DNA from: a virus | Taxonomy: Duplodnaviria > Heunggongvirae > Uroviricota > Caudoviricetes | IMG/VR virus record: IMGVR_UViG_3300037455_000372 | Location: 75,710 to 139,709 of that record | Length of the DNA: 64,000 bases | Strand: one strand, 5' to 3' | Shown: positions 8,011 through 17,189 of the stretch, piece after piece | How the letters are laid out: each line of letters begins with the position of its first letter | How positions within the stretch are numbered: position 1 is the stretch's first letter | Position numbers and translations under genes: made by a program | The notes under the pieces: generated by a model | The model's database searches: none | What the model was told of the DNA's origin: nothing | The model's input: only the letters and a program-made list of their open reading frames with translations

Positions 8011-8793
8011 ATGAACGCCGAATTCTACATCAATTTGACCAAAATGAAGACGCTTCAGAACGCGTCAATTATCGAAAGCATCAAGGACATCTACTTCAAG
8101 AGCGAGCAGAAAGCCCAGTTCGAGAGCTGCGGCAAGATTATCGACTCGCAGAAGGAGATATTCTTCGAAAACGGTTCGGTGCGTTGCACCAAGGTCTCCG
8201 ACGGAATCATCGTCGAAGCGTCCGCAGTAGGCACCAAGAACCTATACGGTGTCGTTGCTGTCGTTAGCAATGGAACTTCTATGGACGACGCGATTACCGC
8301 CGGTAAGTGCGCGTTGGACAACCCGGTCATTATGGAAGGTTTGATTGACAGTTTCAAGCAGAAGATGAAGAAGTTCGCTTCGGTCGCCGCACTGTCTATC
8401 GCGCCGTTCCTTGTCGCTTGCGCCGGTGGCGGACACCAGCCTACGCTCGACCAAGCGGCCATCCTGAATACGGACACCATTCCGGAAATGGTGCAAGCAT
8501 TCTCGCAGAAGATTCGCGAGGAGGCCAACAATGTCCAAGACTACGACGTGACCAAGACCCCGTCCGGTCAGGAAGCCCAAGAAATCTATGCCGCCCTTAT
8601 GAACGGCACTATGAAGGTGAATGTCGAAGGCGATGATGACGCACAGAAGGCCGCCGCTCAAAAAGCAGCAACAGCATTCGCTCGCGGCCTCGACCAAGAA
8701 CTACGCGCAAAGCAGAAGCTCCCTGGATCTGAAAATATGTTCCATACCGCCGCAGCCGAACCGGCTGCCCAGCCGACCGAGGAGGTCAACTAA
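8011..8793 (+). CDS. Late protein with an internal lipoprotein-like signal segment
   Basis: 260 aa; IME-G followed by KQKMKKFASVAALSIAPFLVAC (lipobox-like LVAC). Confidence 0.7.
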   Translation: MNAEFYINLTKMKTLQNASIIESIKDIYFKSEQKAQFESCGKIIDSQKEIFFENGSVRCTKVSDGIIVEASAVGTKNLYGVVAVVSNGTSMDDAITAGKCALDNPVIMEGLIDSFKQKMKKFASVAALSIAPFLVACAGGGHQPTLDQAAILNTDTIPEMVQAFSQKIREEANNVQDYDVTKTPSGQEAQEIYAALMNGTMKVNVEGDDDAQKAAAQKAATAFARGLDQELRAKQKLPGSENMFHTAAAEPAAQPTEEVN

Positions 8794-9389
8794 TGGAATT
8801 CATCGAAGACTTGAAGGAAAATTTCGACTCGGTTGATCCTACCCAGCCGACCGAAGCACAGCCGCTCGACCCGACCAAGTATTCGGCGTTCGTCAAGAAC
8901 CCCGGTGACATAACCGAGGATGTCCTCTACCAGCTCGCCGACATCATTTCGGGTCGTATGAACGTCCGCGCCGAAGCCCAGAAGCCCGGACTTCCGACCA
9001 CGCCCGACGTTGTCGACCGGTTATTGAACTCCGTCACGGTGGTGTACATCGAGGAAGAAGGCGTTCCGGTTGGTGTAGCTTCTCTCGTAGACCCTACGCA
9101 GAAGAACTATATGGGGTTCAAACCGCTAGACCTTTATTCGCTCCACTCTGGCGTGAACCTAGACGGTCGTGTCTTGCTTGAATTCTTCGCCGTTCCGGAT
9201 GAATATTTAAACAAGGGTATAGCCGATGAACTGCTCGCCCAGATCGATGCTACCGATACGAAGGTGTTTACCGTAACCGACGCTGACGACGAATCCGCAA
9301 CCGAACTTTTGAGCAAGTATGGGTTCCAGCCGGTCGCCAATATGGACATCGATAGTAACGAAGTCCCGGTGACACTTTGGCTCAGATAA
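8793..9389 (+). CDS. GNAT-family acetyltransferase
   Basis: FFAVPDEYLNKGIADELL (motif A) and LLSKYGF; TAATG overlap with upstream gene. Confidence 0.75.
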   Translation: MEFIEDLKENFDSVDPTQPTEAQPLDPTKYSAFVKNPGDITEDVLYQLADIISGRMNVRAEAQKPGLPTTPDVVDRLLNSVTVVYIEEEGVPVGVASLVDPTQKNYMGFKPLDLYSLHSGVNLDGRVLLEFFAVPDEYLNKGIADELLAQIDATDTKVFTVTDADDESATELLSKYGFQPVANMDIDSNEVPVTLWLR

Positions 9390-9405
9390 TACTAATTTAC
9401 TGTGT

Positions 9406-9642
9406 ATGATTAGAACTATCGACACAACCAAGCTTGACGAGCCGTATTTAAACATCATCGAAGTGGTGTACCTATTCTTGTTGACGGAATTCCACATCGC
9501 TATGTCTACTGTAAAGCTGTATGACATAAATGAGCACAAGTGGAATATCCGTCGCGCCTTCTGGTACACCGTAATAGGAATGCCGAGCATTCTCATACTC
9601 GGCATCTTTATATCCGCAGCTGTAAAATTTATCTTACAATAG
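9406..9642 (+). CDS. Small predicted membrane protein
   Basis: 78 aa with two hydrophobic stretches. Confidence 0.45.
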   Translation: MIRTIDTTKLDEPYLNIIEVVYLFLLTEFHIAMSTVKLYDINEHKWNIRRAFWYTVIGMPSILILGIFISAAVKFILQ

Positions 9643-10689
9643 CTCGAATATCGTAAATCTCGTGGTCGTCACGTTGATGGCCTCTTCTGCCTTGATCTGC
9701 AAATCGGCGGTCGTTCCACTGTTCAGACGGAACGAACACACGAAATTCAGTTTTGTCGCCGCGCCGCTCGGTCCGGACATATCCATCTGCTGCACCTGTG
9801 TCGGAACGGTGCTGCAGTTGAACGACACGTCGATGATATTCGACGACAGCGTTTTGGGCGTAGCGGACAACTGGAGGTTCACCATATAGCGGACACCTTC
9901 AATCAAGTTGGAAACCGTCACCTTATCGCTAGAAGCCGCCACAGTAAGATTGGAGTTCTCAGATTTACTAGCCCCACTATCAAACGGGAACTTCGTAAAC
10001 GAATTACCAACCTCTTGCGGACCAGCCGAAGCATACATCGTGAAGAAATCGGCCTTCTTAGCGTCAATCACCGTATTTGTAGCGTTACGAGTAACCTCAA
10101 TACCATAATTGGTCGTAATCGTCTTGGAGTTCGGAATCGGGGTGAATCCGTGGAACACCTCTCCATCACGAGTATTTTTTGCCGATTCAACCCAACGATA
10201 CTGAACCTTCGTTGCATTATCGTAGAAAATCGCGTTAGACGGCGGAACCAGCTGGGAACCAGTCTGCGTAGGCGAGGCGAACACCTTTTCAGTTCCACCC
10301 ATTTCTTCCACGGTAAATGTGGTCACGGACGTTGACGAAGTGTCCAGCGTACCAAACATAATTTCATCAATATACGCCGGGAGCATAGATTCCGGAATGA
10401 TACCGCTGGAATCACGCATAGCGATACGGCTAATGGGAATGCTGACGGAGCCATAGTCGGATTCGCCTTCGTCATCCCACAAGTCGCCTTTGGCAGCTTC
10501 CGTAGTCTGCTTGTAGTCAGCGGCGATATACCACTTACCCGGAGAATGCTTTCGGTCGGCCTCGGTAGTCGGCGAGTTTGCCGATGCTGGAAGCTGCAAC
10601 GCGTTCAGCAAGTCTTCACTTACCTCGGTATTCAGCGTATTGATGTTTGCAAGAGCCGTAATTCGGCGTGGTGCTTGATTCACAGACAT
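9634..10689 (-). CDS. Putative virion fibre/whisker protein with a C-terminal beta-sandwich
   Basis: 351 aa, Ser/Thr-rich, last gene of a late structural transcript; C-terminus resembles a C1q/BclA-like head (low certainty). Confidence 0.55.
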   Translation of the reverse strand: MSVNQAPRRITALANINTLNTEVSEDLLNALQLPASANSPTTEADRKHSPGKWYIAADYKQTTEAAKGDLWDDEGESDYGSVSIPISRIAMRDSSGIIPESMLPAYIDEIMFGTLDTSSTSVTTFTVEEMGGTEKVFASPTQTGSQLVPPSNAIFYDNATKVQYRWVESAKNTRDGEVFHGFTPIPNSKTITTNYGIEVTRNATNTVIDAKKADFFTMYASAGPQEVGNSFTKFPFDSGASKSENSNLTVAASSDKVTVSNLIEGVRYMVNLQLSATPKTLSSNIIDVSFNCSTVPTQVQQMDMSGPSGAATKLNFVCSFRLNSGTTADLQIKAEEAINVTTTRFTIFELL

Positions 10690-10698
10690 AGTAGCCTC

Positions 10699-13600
10699 CT
10701 AATCATCGGTAATCAGCTGGTCAGCGTCAGACACGCCGTAACCAAGCCAAATGTTTTGCTTATTATCAGACTTAATAACACCTTGCTTTGGCATTCCGCT
10801 ACCGATTTCAGCCGGTGTAGAACGGTAGTAGAGGTAGTTAAACGCCATATCAATAGACGGGTCGATTTGGCTCGGCAAATGGTATTCCACTTTTCCGGCC
10901 TTCGGAAAATCAAACATTCTGTACAAAGTCGGATCAGCGTCAAGACCGCCAGAACGGTAATCAACTGTCTCGTCATAGGTGTCAGGGTCTTCGTATCTTG
11001 GTATGTCACAACCATCCAGCATACTTGTCGCCGGACGGACAAACTTTCGAACAGACCAAAAGTTAGCGTGTACGCCAGAGTCGGTTTCAATCTTATGCTC
11101 ACCCTTGACATTTGCTGGCGGGTACAAACCGATGCCGCCATCCTCATATAGAAGCCACGGCTCTTCCAGCTTCGTCATAACCGGCTTAGCCGTAGTGGGC
11201 ATTTCCTTGATATTGGACATAGCAGTGTTCAAAGTACCGTCTTCGCGATACGGCCACTGTTCAAACAAGTAAGGAACACAACCCAACGTGATATCCATCG
11301 GAGGATAAGAGCTGTATGGGGCATACATCGCGTTACGATAGTTGTTGAAACCAGTACAAGCCGAGTTGCGCCACAAATAAGTCGTGGCCGCGTTTTGGCC
11401 AGTCTTATAATCGATATCGGCGAAGACGCCATCGTCATCGACCAACGACGGGCAACGCTGTACAAGAGCATCGTTTCCGTATAGCGGTGTCAAGTAGCAA
11501 CACGGATATTGCCTATATTCGGTAGTGTACCAGCGACCAGCTCGCTGCGAGAAGGTAAACTGCATTCTGACACGAGTGTAGGTATTACCTTGCGTATACT
11601 CAGGAGCCGTCTTATAAGGCGGAACCGTAGCAGCCAGCGCAAACTTGTGGAGATCCAAGTCCACAGAATCCGCGTTCGGGTTTCTCGTCGCGCTCGTCAC
11701 CGAAGCAAAGTTGTCGTCAATGTAATGCGTAAGGAAATCATCCAAGGCAGTCGTAGAGCAGCCTTCCGCTTCCAACCGCTTCTTCATTCGATAAATATTG
11801 TTAATGTAAACCAACGTATTGCTTTCCGGAACGACACCATTCTGCAACTCGATACGGCGACCGTTGTAGAAATGGATAGGCATTCCAGCACCGTGGCTTA
11901 CGACGTACTTCTCGATAAATTTCGCGAGTGCCTTAGACTTTGTCTTCTCGGCACCAGAGAGATACGGCATACAAGTCGAAATACTTTCAACCGGGTCGTT
12001 GGCGTCGTCATCCATCATAAAGCGATACATCTGTACGGCGTCAAAGGCAAACCACTGCTGCTGTTCATCAGATACGGTAGGCACCGTAGTAATGGCCAGA
12101 GCGGGAGCACCGTCCTTGTATGACAAATTCGTAAACGGATTCAGCCAATCGGCCAGATTCTCATTAGTCAATTCGACTTCGCTATCAGAAATTTCGAGGC
12201 GAAGGCCAACATCAGCATAACGGCGCATATCATTATATGCGCGATGCTTGCTCTTCAAGTTTCCACTCGACACGATGACAGCGTTGACCAAGCTATTGTC
12301 GGAGTAGATGCGTCCGGTAAGCGGGTCACCCACGAGGTCGCAGTCGTTTTCGTCAGCCGCCCTAGTAGAAGCATACTGAGACGAGTATTTGGTATATGGA
12401 ACCGTCTGATAATAGTTGAAGAATTCCGAACCGTGGCCTTGTGAATCACCCTCCTCGGTAAATAGAACCCCGTCGCTATTTAGCGGACACATTGAGGTGC
12501 CATCCTCATACAAGTCGGCTTTCACCACATAATCTGGCAAAGAACGAAGCGTACTATGAGCAATGTTCGAACGAATAGAATCATCGCCTTGCAATCCATA
12601 GTTGATATCCGAAGAATCGAACAAAGTTTCACCAGCAGTCGGCCAGCTCGTCCTATCCTTGATGCTAAGATACTGCGTAGTCACTTCGGCAGAACGCAAA
12701 CCAGCCGTAGTAATAAGCAAGCGCATATTGTACAAGTCGTTGGTCAGCTTCTTCATTGCCGACGCAGCTTGACGAACCGGGTTACCATACGGCTCGGTTA
12801 CTAGCTTTTTATCCTTCAGGTTCTCGGCCATAGCAACACGAAGAACCGACGCGATGTTCTTCCAGCTGGTCGAACCCGGTGTTACGTAATGAGTCGGTGG
12901 AATCGGCAACGAGTAGTACAGCGGAGTTTCAGATGCGGCCAACGCATATTCGCCATCGGGTCTCTTAGTAGCGGTTTCAAACCGAGCGTCGTGAAGAAGA
13001 CCCACGTTCGCATCATAAACCATCTTGATAATGCTATTATCCCTTGTAATATCGGTTCCCACACGGTCAAGTCGCTGCATCTTGCGGCGACCGTTCATAC
13101 GCCAAGGGAACGTGTTCGTAGCGGTCTGGTAAACGGAAGCCAAGTAGTAACGACGGTCTACGTGAGGCAACGAACGGTGGCCTTCCTTCTCGTCAATAGA
13201 GTAGAAGTTGTTGTACTGGTCCAAAGCACCGGCCGTTCCTGAACCGGTATCACCCCTAAACAGAGACGAGTCACGCACGAGACCCATACGAGTCGTACTT
13301 GGGTTGTCGTCTTCTCCAAGGTAGGCCATACCACATATGAAGAACTTGGTCTCGTCACGGTGGTAATTACGGTCAGCCGGAATCTTGCCTTCACAGACAA
13401 TAGTAGTACCGTCGACACTGGTTGCCGTTATCTGGCCAAATGCATTAAAGCTCGGTAGATTGTAACCATTCAAGCTTGCCGTCACATTAGCACGGACTTG
13501 GGTATCTACCGGCAAAGCGTCTCCACGAACGTCACACGCTTGGCGATTCGTTACAATGGTAAATCCATCGCTTGTATAGGTAATCGACGTAATGGGCAGT

Positions 13601-15201
13601 TTCTTGTTGCTGAACTGCTGCCGACCGCCCATAACGTAAACGCGAGGCTGGGACATAGCAGCATAATAGGCACTCAAGTCCTTAGCGTTCACGAACGCAC
13701 CAAGATTGTCTTCGGGCTGGTTCTGGATAGAGACAGTAATTTCGTATGTATCGCCGTCTTCAGTATCGAGAGGTGCCGGAAGCTGGATGAAGAACGGCTT
13801 CACTTCGTAACCGCCGTCCGCATCGCGCTTGTATTTCTGGTTCAACACGAAATGGTGCTTATTGTAGAAGCGGTGCGCTACCAGACGAGGATTATCCGGG
13901 TCTTCTTCATCGTAGATATCGTCGTACAGATTTCCAAAGGTCGGGTTCTCAATATCCGGGTCGCTAAATCCATCGATAGTCACGCCGTGCTTGACCAAGG
14001 TGACGCTACTAACGTCGTCGAGACGGTTGAAAGAACCGCTTGCATAAGTAAACGGCCAGTCACGAGGAAGTGCCGACACGTTAGTATCGGTCTCTTCGTT
14101 CTTAGTAGTTCCATATGACCACAGCAACCACGGATGGACGGTTTCAACATCGTCATCCGATTCCTCATTTACCGTAACACTAGATACAGTAGCGGACTGG
14201 CCAACATAGAACGAGCCAAGGCCAAATCCATTTACATACACCGGGAAACCTCGACGGTTTCCAATGTCCACGAGACCACTAGAAGTCAGCCAGTCAACAA
14301 GCGAACCTTGGCAACCGCTCACATCAGAGTATACGCCAAACCCAGTAACTGCACCGACTTTCTTATAGACATAGTCGTGAATCTCGTCGTGCGAGTAGGT
14401 CTTACGGAAATGCGGTCCGCAACACGTACCCACGTTGTCCATAGTCTTGCCGTCGGCAAGCAATTCGTCGCGGTCGGCTTCGGACATCTCGTCGTCACCG
14501 ATGGAAGCCGCAACATAGGACATCGTGCCATTCTTGATTTCGTATACGCCGTTTTCGTAGCCAGATTTCTGGTCAGTAAGATACACGTACACGTCGGCAT
14601 CGTTCAAGAATACTATACGGACAGCAAACTTATCAGAATCGATCTCGTCTTCTGTTATTTCAGGAAGGTCAAAGCTGTTATCGGCATCAATGCTGGTTGT
14701 CGTCAACGCATTACCAGCACGATCAAGCGTAACGCCATCGTTAATCAGCTTCGTGGTTGTCAGTGGGTCTTTAGAGTTCTCGTTCTTGATTAAATAAATA
14801 CGAGTATATGAGCCGACATTAGTAATGTCGTCAAAGAGACTCACTGTCAATGTATGAGTCGAACGTACGTAGTCAATCTTCTTGGCAGGGATAATAAAGG
14901 CAAGCTCGCTGTTCTTGTAGACCACATCGACGTGCGTCGTGGCCTTAAAGAAGCTTGCGTCGTCCGGAATCGGCGTGCTAGGATGCGCAACGCTAAACTC
15001 TGCGGAGACCGTACGAGGCATTTCGCACTCGTCCACGCCTTCGGCACAGTCACAGGTACCGTCGTTGGCGACTCCGCTCTCGTTAGCCGCCGGGAACCCC
15101 AATGCACCTATCGTAACGTCGCCATTGGGGAAGAATTCCCTTTCACGGTCGGGCCAAGTCACGTAATTGTGGATCTTATCGAATTCTGAAATTTCGGACA
15201 T
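10699..15201 (-). CDS. Large virion structural (tail/baseplate-associated) protein
   Basis: 1500 aa; late motif at 15227-15234; shares a motif with 15302..17182. Confidence 0.7.
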   Translation of the reverse strand: MSEISEFDKIHNYVTWPDREREFFPNGDVTIGALGFPAANESGVANDGTCDCAEGVDECEMPRTVSAEFSVAHPSTPIPDDASFFKATTHVDVVYKNSELAFIIPAKKIDYVRSTHTLTVSLFDDITNVGSYTRIYLIKNENSKDPLTTTKLINDGVTLDRAGNALTTTSIDADNSFDLPEITEDEIDSDKFAVRIVFLNDADVYVYLTDQKSGYENGVYEIKNGTMSYVAASIGDDEMSEADRDELLADGKTMDNVGTCCGPHFRKTYSHDEIHDYVYKKVGAVTGFGVYSDVSGCQGSLVDWLTSSGLVDIGNRRGFPVYVNGFGLGSFYVGQSATVSSVTVNEESDDDVETVHPWLLWSYGTTKNEETDTNVSALPRDWPFTYASGSFNRLDDVSSVTLVKHGVTIDGFSDPDIENPTFGNLYDDIYDEEDPDNPRLVAHRFYNKHHFVLNQKYKRDADGGYEVKPFFIQLPAPLDTEDGDTYEITVSIQNQPEDNLGAFVNAKDLSAYYAAMSQPRVYVMGGRQQFSNKKLPITSITYTSDGFTIVTNRQACDVRGDALPVDTQVRANVTASLNGYNLPSFNAFGQITATSVDGTTIVCEGKIPADRNYHRDETKFFICGMAYLGEDDNPSTTRMGLVRDSSLFRGDTGSGTAGALDQYNNFYSIDEKEGHRSLPHVDRRYYLASVYQTATNTFPWRMNGRRKMQRLDRVGTDITRDNSIIKMVYDANVGLLHDARFETATKRPDGEYALAASETPLYYSLPIPPTHYVTPGSTSWKNIASVLRVAMAENLKDKKLVTEPYGNPVRQAASAMKKLTNDLYNMRLLITTAGLRSAEVTTQYLSIKDRTSWPTAGETLFDSSDINYGLQGDDSIRSNIAHSTLRSLPDYVVKADLYEDGTSMCPLNSDGVLFTEEGDSQGHGSEFFNYYQTVPYTKYSSQYASTRAADENDCDLVGDPLTGRIYSDNSLVNAVIVSSGNLKSKHRAYNDMRRYADVGLRLEISDSEVELTNENLADWLNPFTNLSYKDGAPALAITTVPTVSDEQQQWFAFDAVQMYRFMMDDDANDPVESISTCMPYLSGAEKTKSKALAKFIEKYVVSHGAGMPIHFYNGRRIELQNGVVPESNTLVYINNIYRMKKRLEAEGCSTTALDDFLTHYIDDNFASVTSATRNPNADSVDLDLHKFALAATVPPYKTAPEYTQGNTYTRVRMQFTFSQRAGRWYTTEYRQYPCCYLTPLYGNDALVQRCPSLVDDDGVFADIDYKTGQNAATTYLWRNSACTGFNNYRNAMYAPYSSYPPMDITLGCVPYLFEQWPYREDGTLNTAMSNIKEMPTTAKPVMTKLEEPWLLYEDGGIGLYPPANVKGEHKIETDSGVHANFWSVRKFVRPATSMLDGCDIPRYEDPDTYDETVDYRSGGLDADPTLYRMFDFPKAGKVEYHLPSQIDPSIDMAFNYLYYRSTPAEIGSGMPKQGVIKSDNKQNIWLGYGVSDADQLITDD

Positions 15202-15226
15202 TTAACAGTTTCCAGTAGCTATTCGC

Positions 15227-15234
15227 AGTTTATA
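15227..15234 (-). promoter_or_regulatory. Putative late promoter TATAAACT
   Basis: Follows a terminator; 25 nt upstream of ATG 15201. Confidence 0.6.
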
Positions 15235-15248
15235 TAATTCGAGGCCAC

Positions 15249-15279
15249 AAAAGAACCGGCCCGATTGCTCGGACCGGCC
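15249..15279 (-). terminator. Intrinsic terminator
   Basis: GGCCGGTCCGAGCAATCGGGCCGG followed by TTCTTTT on the minus strand. Confidence 0.65.
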
Positions 15280-15301
15280 TAGGAACAACAAAACTATCTG
15301 G

Positions 15302-17182
15302 TTACTGATCTCGCGGGTCTTCTTGCAGCTGGTTACGATAAGTGTCCGATACGTGAATCGGAGACAAGTCGTAATTAGCAAACGGATTCTGGAACAGCGG
15401 GAACCCGGCGGACTGCACCTCGTAGGCTTCCTTGGACATCGGATCTACAAAACCAAACGGAGACAGCAAGATATGGTCCGGGAACTGGTAGTAGTCGTAC
15501 GTCTTCCAACGGTCTTCGGTTTCCGAGTAAATGAAGGTAGCCTTGTAGACGACCGGCCTATCAGGGACACCGACGTTTTCATCGTGAACGTAGAAGTTCG
15601 TCAGACGAGCCATACTGAACTTCGCCACCGGAGTAACTGTTGATACGCCCATACCATCGGTCTTGTACTCATCCCAGTTCTTTATGCTGTACACATAGAC
15701 CTGAGACTTGTTGATAATCAAGTCGTTGTATTCGCGTCCGTCATAAGCGTGGTTAGGCCAGATATTGAGGATAAACTCGAAGGTCATACCGTCGCTCGGC
15801 TTCTTGATTACCGGAGAACCGTTCTCTTCAACTTCGACTTCACAAGGAAGCATAATGCACAAGCCTTGGTCAAGATCCGGTCCATCGTAGTTGATGATGT
15901 TGCGCTGCTTGACGGAAGGGTCGGCGTGGTTGAATACCATCACGGCGGAATACGGCTGCAGTGAGTAAGCATTCTTGCCAACGTCCGTCAAGTATGCAGT
16001 TCCCTCCACCCATTTAGGCGTGTTGCTCGGCCATTCGGTGTAGTTGGATGTGTAAAAGATATCCACACCAGAATGTTCCTTGGTCTTGCCGCCATTCAGC
16101 TTCAAAGAACCGGTCACGCCGATTTCGGTATTTTCATCAGAACTTACCGTCGAACCATTAAGCAGCACGAAGCCATTGATATCGGTCGGAACCGTGAAAC
16201 GAAGCGTACCGCTACCATTCACGTTATAAGTAGTCGGTAGCAACAAAACGGATTTCCAATAATCGGTATTGTACTTGCGGATAGTTACAGTCGAACTGCT
16301 GTCGCGCTCGACCGTCGCTTCATCGAACGGAGCCAGCGTGGTCGGCATTTCGCTGATATACACAAAGAACTCTCCCCGATAATACACGAACTTGCCATAG
16401 TCAGCTACAGGCGGATCATAATCATCGGTATTGGCCGGTGGCGTCGGATAGATATCACAATACGGCTCATAGCCACTGGCACGCTTCGTAATGCTCTTGG
16501 CCGGATCTCTCTCGGCGTTTTCCGACTTGACATACACTACGTTTCCGTAAGACAAAAACTGTTCGTTTTCCAGATTCTGCGGAACCACGCCGTTATTAGT
16601 TTCAAGCGGAATAACAGCGTCCTTGATGTTTGTACCGGGAACAATGGCGTCTCCAGCAGACACGTCTTGGATAACCTTGCACAGCTTCACGTCGCCACCG
16701 TTGGAATACCTAATGTAGGTATTCTCTACCAAGTTCATAGTAAACTCGTTTTGAGTATCTATACGGTAATAATCGACATAATCTGGGTCAGGAATCTCGT
16801 TGACTTGGTTATACAAAGCGACATCTTCATAGAGCGTCCACTTATTCACCCCACCGAGATTTCTAGCATTGATACGGAGGACAACTTCCTCGTCCACGCC
16901 AGCAACCATCTGGTATCGGCTATTATACGCGAATCTGTTAGGATTCAACGCCTTTTCAGAGAACGTCGCGCCAGCACTCTTGGAATAGTAATACCGGGTG
17001 TGCAAATTGATGTCACGGAACCACGGTTCGGATGTCGTAGCCAAGCGAATGGTTATGATGTCATCCTTACTGTTGTTCCAATTAACGAGTCCTCTCAAGA
17101 TAGACTCGTAGTTGAACTGAGACTTGGCGATATCGCCAGTCAAATGTTCTAACGGATTGATGTCAAGTACATTTGTAGCCAT
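15302..17182 (-). CDS. Virion structural (tail-associated) protein
   Basis: 626 aa within the tail cluster; N-terminus resembles that of 17190..20321. Confidence 0.65.
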   Translation of the reverse strand: MATNVLDINPLEHLTGDIAKSQFNYESILRGLVNWNNSKDDIITIRLATTSEPWFRDINLHTRYYYSKSAGATFSEKALNPNRFAYNSRYQMVAGVDEEVVLRINARNLGGVNKWTLYEDVALYNQVNEIPDPDYVDYYRIDTQNEFTMNLVENTYIRYSNGGDVKLCKVIQDVSAGDAIVPGTNIKDAVIPLETNNGVVPQNLENEQFLSYGNVVYVKSENAERDPAKSITKRASGYEPYCDIYPTPPANTDDYDPPVADYGKFVYYRGEFFVYISEMPTTLAPFDEATVERDSSSTVTIRKYNTDYWKSVLLLPTTYNVNGSGTLRFTVPTDINGFVLLNGSTVSSDENTEIGVTGSLKLNGGKTKEHSGVDIFYTSNYTEWPSNTPKWVEGTAYLTDVGKNAYSLQPYSAVMVFNHADPSVKQRNIINYDGPDLDQGLCIMLPCEVEVEENGSPVIKKPSDGMTFEFILNIWPNHAYDGREYNDLIINKSQVYVYSIKNWDEYKTDGMGVSTVTPVAKFSMARLTNFYVHDENVGVPDRPVVYKATFIYSETEDRWKTYDYYQFPDHILLSPFGFVDPMSKEAYEVQSAGFPLFQNPFANYDLSPIHVSDTYRNQLQEDPRDQ

Positions 17183-17189
17183 ATATCAC

